Source: Candidatus Latescibacterota bacterium (GTDB lineage Bacteria > Latescibacterota > UBA2968 > UBA8231). Taken from it: 64,000 nt of DNA. Positions 9,888-22,342 of the stretch are shown piece by piece. Within the stretch, counting starts at the first letter, position 1. Every line of letters begins with the position of its first letter. The translations under genes were made by a program, and so were the position numbers. Under the pieces are notes generated by a model that made no database searches, was not told the origin of the DNA, and saw nothing but the letters and a program-made list of their open reading frames with translations. The stretch is taken from assembly GCA_965203175.1 (NCBI GenBank), contig OZ241867.1:288001-352000 (forward strand), written 5' to 3'.

Positions 9888-11957
9888 TTACGCCGCTTCT
9901 CTTCCCTTGTTCTTCTCCGCATTCTCGATGATCTTAGCCATGATATCGCCGGGGACATCCTCGTAGCGGTCGAATCGCTGTGCGTGGAATCCCTTGCCCT
10001 GCGTCATTGAGCGCAGCGACGTTGCGTAGCGGTCTATTTCGGCTAAGGGGGCCTCGGCATGGATGACCTGGAAATGACCTGAGGTATCCATACCGCTGAT
10101 TCGACCTCGTCGCGACGAGAGATCACCCATCACGTCGCCCATGAATTCCTCGGGCACCGTAATCTCTAGCTGATAAATAGGTTCTAGCAGCACAGGCTTG
10201 GCCTTGAGGAACGCATCCCTGAAGGCGTGGGAGCCGGCCAACTTAAAAGAAACTTCGTCCGAGTCTACCGGGTGGTGCTTACCGTCGTATACGGTAGCGG
10301 CCACATCAATGACTTGATAACCGGCCACTGGTCCCTCGCCTAGCGTCTCGACGATGCCCTTTTCCACCGCAGGGATGAAGTTGCTCGGGATATTGCCGCC
10401 AACGACCTCGTTGAGAAACTCAAAACCTTCACCGCGCCCCTTGGGGGAAATGCGCAGAAACACTTCGCCAAACTGCCCTCGTCCACCCGACTGCTTCTTG
10501 TGCCGGTACTGCGCATCGGCGTTGCCGCGGATCGTTTCTCGATAAGGAATTCGCGGCACCTCCATATCGATCTCCACGCTAAAGCGCTCTTTAAGGCGGC
10601 TAACGATAGTTTCCAAATGCAACTCACCTTGGGTGAGCAGGATCGTTTGGCGGACTTCGCCGTCGTATTTCAAGATGAAGCTCAAATCTTCCTCGTGCAA
10701 CTGGGAAAGCCCGGTAGCGACGCGATCCTCGCCGCCCTGCTCCTTGGCGTGAATAGCCACGCGAATTAGTGGCTCGGGGAATTCAATGCCCGGCAGTTGT
10801 AGCGACTCACCCTTGGCACAAAGCGTATCGGTCGTATGGGTATCCTTGAGTTTGACTAAGGCGACGATATCGCCAGCCTCGGCACTTTCGACCTCGGTCC
10901 GCCTGTTGCCGTTGAGGTGATAGATCTGACCAATGCGCTCGGTAGTGCGTTTACTTGAGTTGGCCACTTCGTCGCCGGGCTTGATCGCTCCAGAGAAGAG
11001 GCGCAGCAGAGAAAGCTCTCCTACGTGCTGCTCGGCCAAGGTCTTGAACACCAGAGCCGCCAAGGGCGCCGTAGCGGCACCTTCAAGCGCAATCTCCTGT
11101 TCCCCGCCATTCTGGAATCTGAGTCCTGTCGCTTCAACCGGCGACGGCCCGTATTGCACCAAGGCGTCTAGCAACCGATCGATGCCGACATTGTTGTAGG
11201 CATCTCCGAAAAAGACTGGAAAAATTTCGCGTTGCAACACGGCCTGACGCAGACCAGCAACCATATCCTCTGTGGTTAATTCGCCCTCGCTAAAATATTT
11301 CTCCATCAGGTCTTCGTCGGTCTCGGCAATGGATTCTACCAGTTGCTCGCGCAACTCTTCAGCACGGCTCTGGACCTCGTCAGGTATGTCTCTTTCTGTG
11401 GCTTTACCATCCTGGTACGCATAAGCTCTCATGGCAACTAAATCGACAATATGGTTGAATCCCTCGCCAGGATTTACCGCCATTTGCAAAGGCACGACTT
11501 GGCGCCCGAAACGCTCTTGAACCATCTCTAAGACTTGGTCGGCGTCTGTATCGGCACGATCCATCTTGTTGATGAATAGTATCCGGGGCAAGTTGTAATC
11601 GGCAGCGAAATTCCAAGTTCGCTCAGTGCCGATCTCTACTCCGGTAACCGAATCGAGAACAGCGACTGCCGCGTCGGACACGCGTAGCGCCGCCTTGGCC
11701 TCGGAGATAAAGTCTGCGTAGCCTGGCGTATCGATTATATTGAGGTGGTGATCCTGCCACTGGCCATTTAGCAAAGAGACCTTGAGCGAAATCTGGCGCT
11801 CAATCTCAGCCGAATCGCAATCCGATGTCGTCGTCCCGTCATCAATGCGTCCCAAGCGGTTTACGACACCCATGTTGAATAACATGGCCTCCGACAGCGC
11901 TGTTTTACCCGCGCCGCTATGGCCACACAGCGAAAAATTTCTCGTTTGTTCGCTCAA
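9888..11957 (-). CDS. fusA: Elongation factor G paralog (EF-G2 type)
   Basis: Five-domain EF-G (DTPG, NKMD, GELHLE, YRETI, KKQSGGRGQFG, LRSMTQG) with non-canonical G1 GHSGAGKT and RQISL; not in the str operon. Confidence 0.9.
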   Translation of the reverse strand: MSEQTRNFSLCGHSGAGKTALSEAMLFNMGVVNRLGRIDDGTTTSDCDSAEIERQISLKVSLLNGQWQDHHLNIIDTPGYADFISEAKAALRVSDAAVAVLDSVTGVEIGTERTWNFAADYNLPRILFINKMDRADTDADQVLEMVQERFGRQVVPLQMAVNPGEGFNHIVDLVAMRAYAYQDGKATERDIPDEVQSRAEELREQLVESIAETDEDLMEKYFSEGELTTEDMVAGLRQAVLQREIFPVFFGDAYNNVGIDRLLDALVQYGPSPVEATGLRFQNGGEQEIALEGAATAPLAALVFKTLAEQHVGELSLLRLFSGAIKPGDEVANSSKRTTERIGQIYHLNGNRRTEVESAEAGDIVALVKLKDTHTTDTLCAKGESLQLPGIEFPEPLIRVAIHAKEQGGEDRVATGLSQLHEEDLSFILKYDGEVRQTILLTQGELHLETIVSRLKERFSVEIDMEVPRIPYRETIRGNADAQYRHKKQSGGRGQFGEVFLRISPKGRGEGFEFLNEVVGGNIPSNFIPAVEKGIVETLGEGPVAGYQVIDVAATVYDGKHHPVDSDEVSFKLAGSHAFRDAFLKAKPVLLEPIYQLEITVPEEFMGDVMGDLSSRRGRISGMDTSGHFQVIHAEAPLAEIDRYATSLRSMTQGKGFHAQRFDRYEDVPGDIMAKIIENAEKNKGREAA

Positions 11958-12035
11958 TTTGCCTCCTCCTGAATTAAGAGAAGTGCTTAATTAATTGGCC
12001 TACCTTGGCGTTGTCAAGGTATTTTCCACAGAGAC

Positions 12036-12072
12036 AAAAAAAGCCCACCCCAAAAGGGATGGGCTTAAAAAA
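12036..12072 (-). terminator. rRNA operon terminator
   Basis: AAAAAAAGCCCACCCCAAAAGGGATGGGCTT hairpin with U-tract directly after the 5S gene. Confidence 0.75.
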
Positions 12073-12188
12073 TCCGGCGGCGTCCTACTCTCCCACTAGG
12101 CGACCCCAGCAGTACCATCGGCGCAAGAGGGCTTAACGGCTCTGTTCGGAATGGGAAGAGGTGTTTCCCCTCCGCTATGGCCACCGGA
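12073..12188 (-). rRNA. rrf: 5S rRNA
   Basis: Reverse complement TCCGGTGGCCATAGCGGAGGGGAAACACCTCTTCCCATTCCGAACAGAGCCGTTAAG...GGGAGAGTAGGACGCCGCCGGA. Confidence 0.97.
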
Positions 12189-12268
12189 AAACTCAAATTC
12201 TCTTCAACAACCGAATACAGGCCCACACCAAAAGCGATGCAAAACTCCAGCATTGCTACGACAGTAAA

Positions 12269-15292
<3,024 letters not shown>

Positions 15293-15431
15293 AAAATCAC
15301 TGTCACAACACTACTAGAGGTAATGCATCGCGGTGTCTCGAGTAGTAAGCACATAACGCGCTTCCACTCGGTAAACCTTAGATTTTACTGATGTGAACCT
15401 GTATTCGATTGTCAAAGAGCAAAAGCCTGAA

Positions 15432-15508
<77 letters not shown>

Positions 15509-15597
15509 GAAAATCGAATAACGCACATGAGGACAGGTCGAAGAGTAAAACATTGACCTAGGCGGATAATGTCAGGAGTCTAAAACTCCCGATAATC

Positions 15598-17161
<1,564 letters not shown>

Positions 17162-17211
17162 AAAAATTTGATGTACTACTTTTTGTAAATCCAAGCTCTT
17201 CGACGCTGGAC

Positions 17212-17302
17212 CCTCATGTACGTTATTCGATTTTCAAAGATCAATCTCGCTCAGGTATCGAGCGTAACATTGGAAAATAAGATTTGACTCCTGCTCTGTC
17301 AA
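17212..17302 (-). promoter_or_regulatory. rRNA promoter, boxA-like element and 16S processing-stem arm
   Basis: TTGACA(17302-17297)-N17-TATTTT(17279-17274); GATCTTTGAAAA boxA-like; leader 17212-17235 is complementary to spacer 15509-15532. Confidence 0.7.
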
Positions 17303-17357
17303 GAGTGAGAGCACAAAATAGCGGGCCCAAAGACAGAACCGACACAACGCTCCTACA

Positions 17358-18596
17358 TCAACCCCAGCTAGCGGCCCCTTTCAATTCGCCCTGTCTTTCT
17401 ACTGCAATGCGCTCAAAGTAGCCACTGCGGCGATAAGCACCTAGGGGATCGGCTTCGGCTCCCAGTTCTTGGCGCACAATCGCCAGCAAGGACCGCACAT
17501 CAGTGTCATAGGCATTGCGCAAGATTTCTTCGCATGCCACTGCGTCGTCCTCCGCCTGGGCCTCAGCTAGCGCCGTGCGGTCAACCAGCAAGGCGCGGGC
17601 ATAGGCCGTCTGGATATTGAGCACCGACTGGATCATCGCCTCGACTTTGGGCTTGATAATATGGCTTTGGTCGATCATGTAGGCGACATTAGCCGCTGCA
17701 GCACCGCGCCGCGCCGCGTTGAGGATCTCGTGGTAAATCAGGAAGACTTCGTAGAGGTTGACTGACCCGGTCGTCACATCGTCATCGGCGTATTTGCGGT
17801 TGTTGAAGTGAAAACCTCCCATGCGTCCCTCGTCGAGGAGTAAGGCCACGAGGTGCTCAATATTGGTGGAGAGAGGATGGTGTCCTAGATCGACCAGCAC
17901 TTCGGCCTTTGGCCCCGCCTTAATAGCGAAATTTAGCGCCATACCCCAATCGGCAATGTCAGTATGGTAAAAAGCCGGCTCGAAGAATTTGTATTCAATG
18001 AGCATCCGCGTCCCTTCGGGCAGCATTGCGTGAGTCTCACTCAGACATTCTTCAAACCGCCACTTGCGCTCGATGATATCGTCTTGGCCTGGGTAGTTCG
18101 TACCGTCGGCAAACCAAAGGCTCAGCACTGTGGATCCTGTCTGCTGCATGATATCCACGCACTCGTACATGTGATCGAGCGCTTTGCGACGCACCACCGG
18201 GTCCCGATGGCCGAAACTGCCCAACTTGTATTCAGGCTCTTGGAAGACATTGGGGTTGATTGCCCCAATGCACACGCCCAATTCCGTCGCTTCTTGCCCC
18301 AGAGCGTCATAGTCATCCACTTTATCCCAAGGAATGTGCAAAGCCACACCGGGACAGACACCCGTCACCTTGTGCACCTGAGCCGCGTCGGAAAGCCGCT
18401 CATGGACATCGCGAGCGGCACCGGGCTGTTTGAATACGCCAAAGCGCGTCCCAGAATTGCCATATCCCCAAGAGGGCGTCTCGATCTCCTGGGCTTTGAG
18501 CTTGGCTTTGACTTCTTCGACTTCGATGCCTCGGCCAGAGAGCATTTCGGCTAAAGCTGCGAATTGGCCCTCTATATCGTACGCTGGAATTCCCAT
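17358..18596 (-). CDS. rhaI: L-rhamnose isomerase-type sugar isomerase (RhaI, xylose isomerase-like TIM barrel)
   Basis: IETPSWGYGNSGTRF, LHIPWD, WFADGTNYPGQ, IEYKFFEPAFY, VDLGHH, YADDD, MIDQSH. Confidence 0.88.
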   Translation of the reverse strand: MGIPAYDIEGQFAALAEMLSGRGIEVEEVKAKLKAQEIETPSWGYGNSGTRFGVFKQPGAARDVHERLSDAAQVHKVTGVCPGVALHIPWDKVDDYDALGQEATELGVCIGAINPNVFQEPEYKLGSFGHRDPVVRRKALDHMYECVDIMQQTGSTVLSLWFADGTNYPGQDDIIERKWRFEECLSETHAMLPEGTRMLIEYKFFEPAFYHTDIADWGMALNFAIKAGPKAEVLVDLGHHPLSTNIEHLVALLLDEGRMGGFHFNNRKYADDDVTTGSVNLYEVFLIYHEILNAARRGAAAANVAYMIDQSHIIKPKVEAMIQSVLNIQTAYARALLVDRTALAEAQAEDDAVACEEILRNAYDTDVRSLLAIVRQELGAEADPLGAYRRSGYFERIAVERQGELKGAASWG

Positions 18597-18664
18597 TCCG
18601 CCTCTCCTTTGATTATCAGGCCTAGTACATCAAATCCAGTAGGTCGAATCGATAGCTACCACAC

Positions 18665-19627
18665 TTAGGCGTTCTGCAGAATTTGTAGCTGGAGTTCGAG
18701 GTTGCGCAACCCGACTTCGCCGGATACGAGCGGCGTTAGTTTGGGCTGTATTGCCGCCTCGGCAAACCGGGCGATGAGCAGCGACATAAAATCATCGCCG
18801 ATTAGCTCTGATTCATCCGTGCTGAGCACCGAACAATAGGTCCCGTCGGGCGCAGACCGCCCCGTGCAATCGACCAAAAAGCCATTGACGCCGAATCGCC
18901 GCAGGGGTTGGCCCTCGTGCAGATCGCGAACGATGATTTCGCAACGACAACTTCCCGACGAGTCGGCAAAACTGAAACAGGCCCGCACTTCCCCACTCCC
19001 GGACACCACCTGCAACGACTCAGGCTCAATAATCCCGTCGGGTATCCAAGCCAAAAGCATGCTCAAAGGATGAGGCGCCATATCGATCCACACCTCCTCG
19101 GCGCTGCGGCGACGCCCCCGCGCCAAGGTCTCCATTTCCGCGTAAAAAGATTCCACGGTAGCGAGCGCTCCACGGGTCTCTTCATATAGCTGCCGGTAGT
19201 AGGGTAGCGAAGCAGCGTATTGAGTACAGACCCCCAGGTGCAGATCGGTTTGCTGCGCCAAATCAACCAAGGCTCGCGCTTGCATCAGCGTCTGCTCCGC
19301 TCCATCCGAATGCCAGACTAAGGGCTTTTCGCAGAGGACGTGACAACCCCGTTCAAGAGCGTATTTGACACAGTCGAAATGGGCTTCGTTCGGCAGACAG
19401 ACGTCGACCACATTGGGAACTTCTTCGATCAGCAATCGGTCCAAGTCCCAATAGCCTTGGCCCGAAAAGGGAAAAATATCGCGTAGAACGCGCTCTGTAG
19501 CAGCGGCACTTTCCCGACTGCGGCCCAAAAAACCAACGACTTGCGCACCGGCGCGGTCGAACCACTTGGCGTGATGCTTGCCGATGCCGCTGGCACCGGC
19601 GATGGCGACGCGCAGGGCCCTTTCCAT
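18665..19627 (-). CDS. Gfo/Idh/MocA family oxidoreductase
   Basis: Start ATG 19627 after GGAGG; Rossmann GASGIGKHH, HVLCEKP, D..PHP. Confidence 0.85.
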   Translation of the reverse strand: MERALRVAIAGASGIGKHHAKWFDRAGAQVVGFLGRSRESAAATERVLRDIFPFSGQGYWDLDRLLIEEVPNVVDVCLPNEAHFDCVKYALERGCHVLCEKPLVWHSDGAEQTLMQARALVDLAQQTDLHLGVCTQYAASLPYYRQLYEETRGALATVESFYAEMETLARGRRRSAEEVWIDMAPHPLSMLLAWIPDGIIEPESLQVVSGSGEVRACFSFADSSGSCRCEIIVRDLHEGQPLRRFGVNGFLVDCTGRSAPDGTYCSVLSTDESELIGDDFMSLLIARFAEAAIQPKLTPLVSGEVGLRNLELQLQILQNA

Positions 19628-19641
19628 TTTTCCTCCAATAC

Positions 19642-19672
19642 AAAAAGAGCCGACAGCCAATCTGTCGGCTCT
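19642..19672 (-). terminator. Intrinsic terminator after the small basic ORF
   Basis: Perfect stem AGAGCCGACAG-N5-CTGTCGGCTCT followed by a T run on the minus strand. Confidence 0.8.
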
Positions 19673-19710
19673 CCTAAGCAAAGGCCAGTGGCCTCTATCT
19701 TTAAGCCTAT

Positions 19711-19827
19711 CTACTTCTTTCGCGGTGACAGCTTGGCCTCCTGAGCGCGTTGCTTCAAGCGCTTTTTGCGCCGCTGTCGCCGACTCCTCAATTCTTTATC
19801 CCTCATTCTGCCTTTACTCGAACCCAT
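19711..19827 (-). CDS. 38-aa Arg/Lys-rich small protein
   Basis: Below the ORF-track cutoff. GGAGG SD 8 nt before ATG; MGSSKGRMRDKELRSRRQRRKKRLKQRAQEAKLSPRKK; own terminator. Confidence 0.7.
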   Translation of the reverse strand: MGSSKGRMRDKELRSRRQRRKKRLKQRAQEAKLSPRKK

Positions 19828-19889
19828 CTGTATATCCTCCTAAAAATAAGAAGCAGTTGTCGGCAATATATCCGGCGGTACCACTGAGG

Positions 19890-20813
19890 TCAAGCGAGGA
19901 TCATCCGCAAAAGAGCCATGCGCACGTAAAGCCCGTTATGGGCTTGGCGAAAATAGGCCGCCCGCGGATCCGCATCCACTTCCGGGTCAATCTCGTCGAC
20001 GCGCGGCAACGGGTGCATGACAACAGCGTGTTCCTGCATGCAGTCCATCACTGAGTGATCGACAATGTACTTGCCCCGCGCCTGCTCGTATTCCCCTGTG
20101 CGGTCGCCAAAGCGCTCCTTTTGGATGCGCGTCTGATAGACGACATCAGCCTGCCTCGCCACTTCATGTAGGTCGTCCACTTCCTCGAAAAGGACCTGGT
20201 GCCGCTGCAAATACTCCTTTATGTCGTCCTTCATCCTCACTATCTCAGGCGCGACGAAGGACATCTTAACACCCTCGTATTTGGCCAACAGATAGCACAG
20301 CGAACGAACTGTCCGTCCATTGGCCAGATCCCCCACCAAAGCAATTGTAATTTTTTTGAGGCGTCCGATCTCGCGCTGGATAGTAAAGAGGTCCAACAAG
20401 GCTTGGGTCGGGTGCTGTCCGGCTCCGTCACCGGCGTTGATCACCGGGACGCCGGCGACAGCAGCAGCTCGGTTGCTAGCCCCGCTTTCGTAGTGGCGCA
20501 ATACGATCACGTCCGAGTACCCGGCGACGACGCGAATGGTATCCTCGAGGGTTTCTCCCTTGGCCGCCGAAGAGAACTCCTGGGCGCTCTCGGTTGTAAT
20601 GACGGCCCCGCCCAACCGCGTCATCGCCGATTCAAAGGACAGCCGCGTGCGCGTACTAGGCTCGTAGAACAGCGTCGCCATGACCCGGCGATTGAGGATA
20701 TTGGACCCGTAGTGCTGAACTACTTGCTCCATCTCTTGGGCCGTGGAGAAAATGTCATCTATCAAGTCTATATCGAATTGCTGCGCTTCGAGAACGTGAT
20801 AAAGGCGATCCAT
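19890..20813 (-). CDS. pyrB: Aspartate carbamoyltransferase catalytic subunit
   Basis: FYEPSTRTRLSF, NAGDGAGQHPTQALLD, TRIQKER, MHPLPR; likely ATG at 20813. Confidence 0.97.
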   Translation of the reverse strand: MDRLYHVLEAQQFDIDLIDDIFSTAQEMEQVVQHYGSNILNRRVMATLFYEPSTRTRLSFESAMTRLGGAVITTESAQEFSSAAKGETLEDTIRVVAGYSDVIVLRHYESGASNRAAAVAGVPVINAGDGAGQHPTQALLDLFTIQREIGRLKKITIALVGDLANGRTVRSLCYLLAKYEGVKMSFVAPEIVRMKDDIKEYLQRHQVLFEEVDDLHEVARQADVVYQTRIQKERFGDRTGEYEQARGKYIVDHSVMDCMQEHAVVMHPLPRVDEIDPEVDADPRAAYFRQAHNGLYVRMALLRMILA

Positions 20814-20823
20814 CAGATGCTCC

Positions 20824-21261
20824 TCAACGGCCTTCCCGCTCCCCCAATACCGCCATAATCTCCGCCTCTGCTGCCACTTCCTCCCCCACAAGTGCTCGCC
20901 CTTGTAACTTACAGGACCCGCCCCGCTTCCTAAGTACCGTTAACTCCAGTCGCAACTGGTCCCCCGGCACGACCGGGCGGCGAAATTTGCAGCGATCAAT
21001 CCCGGCGAAAAAAGGCACCTTGGATTCGGGATTTTCCACGCCGCTCAGCATCATTGCGCAACCCGCTTGCGCCAGAGCCTCGACGATCAGCACCCCGGGC
21101 ATGACCGGATAACCGGGAAAATGACCTTGAAAAAACGATTCGTTGGCCGTCACATTCTTCAAGGCCACGACGCGTTCTCCAGGTTCCAATTCGAGGATGC
21201 GGTCAATGAGCAACAGCGGATAGCGGTGCGGCAACAGCTCGATAATTTCTGTTAAATTCAC
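20824..21261 (-). CDS. fabZ: 3-hydroxyacyl-ACP dehydratase FabZ (not fused to LpxC)
   Basis: [42 protein letters not shown]. Confidence 0.97.
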   Translation of the reverse strand: MNLTEIIELLPHRYPLLLIDRILELEPGERVVALKNVTANESFFQGHFPGYPVMPGVLIVEALAQAGCAMMLSGVENPESKVPFFAGIDRCKFRRPVVPGDQLRLELTVLRKRGGSCKLQGRALVGEEVAAEAEIMAVLGEREGR

Positions 21262-21794
21262 TCCTGCGCCTCTTCTTTTTCCTTCTCCATCAGTTCCAGC
21301 AGCGACTCGGTCAGATCGTATTCCTCCTTGGCGAAAACCAGCCCACTTGAAGGCGTGGCGGCGTCGAAAATAAAATCGTAGCCTTCTTCCTCGGCCATGC
21401 CCTGAATGGCATCGTTGATCTTTTTGAAGATCGGCTCCATAAGCTCGATATTCTTACGCACCAGCTCGCCTTCGGGACCAAATTTCTCCTGGGTAAACTG
21501 CTGCAATTGCTGAACTTTCGCCTCAAATTCGGCCTGCATTTCCGCCTTGCGGGCCTCGCTCATCAGCAATTCCTGCCGCTGAAAATCATCCTCTATTTTT
21601 TTTAACTTGGTCTGGCGGTCCATGGCCTCTCTTTCGTAATCCTGCTGTAGCTGTTCCAACGTACGCTGCACATCCAGGATCTCGGGCAGGCGCTCTTTGA
21701 GCACTTCTGAATCGATATAGCCTATTTTTAGCTGAGCCGAGGCACTTGTGGCGCAACAGGCTACGACGAGGGCGAACAATAGGGCGCGTCTCAT
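21258..21794 (-). CDS. skp: OmpH/Skp periplasmic chaperone
   Basis: Signal peptide, KIGYID, long coiled coil, GYDFIFD, YDLT; ATG at 21794. Confidence 0.9.
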   Translation of the reverse strand: MRRALLFALVVACCATSASAQLKIGYIDSEVLKERLPEILDVQRTLEQLQQDYEREAMDRQTKLKKIEDDFQRQELLMSEARKAEMQAEFEAKVQQLQQFTQEKFGPEGELVRKNIELMEPIFKKINDAIQGMAEEEGYDFIFDAATPSSGLVFAKEEYDLTESLLELMEKEKEEAQE

Positions 21795-21899
21795 ATGCAC
21801 TCCTCTTTATAGGCAAAAATCAATGAGATTGAAGTGACGTTCATTTTTTAATTCAACTGCGCTATTCTCGCTGCAACGGGTGTCAGACGACTATTTGAT

Positions 21900-22193
21900 C
21901 TACATCTTGATCTTGGATCGCTTGCGCCGCGACAAGGAGATACCACCGAAGCCGCTGATAACGGCAATGTAAAACCCAGCATCGTACCACCAGCCTGTGT
22001 TGTGCGGTTCATAGAGGCGGATGGCTGAGTCAAACAGGCCCCAGATGAGCGATATGGGTGCAATCCAACCGTGCCAGATTCCCCAAAAAAATCCGGCGGG
22101 ATTCGCTTCAGTGTGTTTCCCATCGCCAGGGATACACCCCGCAAGCGAAATCAGAACGATCAAGACAAGCATGCAGATCAACTGTTTGGCCAT
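21900..22193 (-). CDS. Small hypothetical membrane lipoprotein
   Basis: Lipobox LAGC; PAGFFWGIWHGWIAP...IRLYEPHNTGWWYDAGF; basic tail. Confidence 0.7.
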   Translation of the reverse strand: MAKQLICMLVLIVLISLAGCIPGDGKHTEANPAGFFWGIWHGWIAPISLIWGLFDSAIRLYEPHNTGWWYDAGFYIAVISGFGGISLSRRKRSKIKM

Positions 22194-22286
22194 AGCAAAT
22201 CCTGCGTCGGTCCGTTCTTCTGTCACCCCAAGCTAAATTGTATAAGATACGACTTGGCAGAATTTTGTGAAACAGCGGACACAAGA

Positions 22287-22318
22287 AAGCCCAAGATGCC
22301 AGGCGACATCTTGGGCTT
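22287..22318 (-). terminator. Intrinsic terminator after bamA
   Basis: AAGCCCAAGATG-N8-CATCTTGGGCTT perfect 12-bp stem, then TCTT on the minus strand. Confidence 0.75.
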
Positions 22319-22342
22319 CGTCTTTTGCCCCTGCGATCAGGC

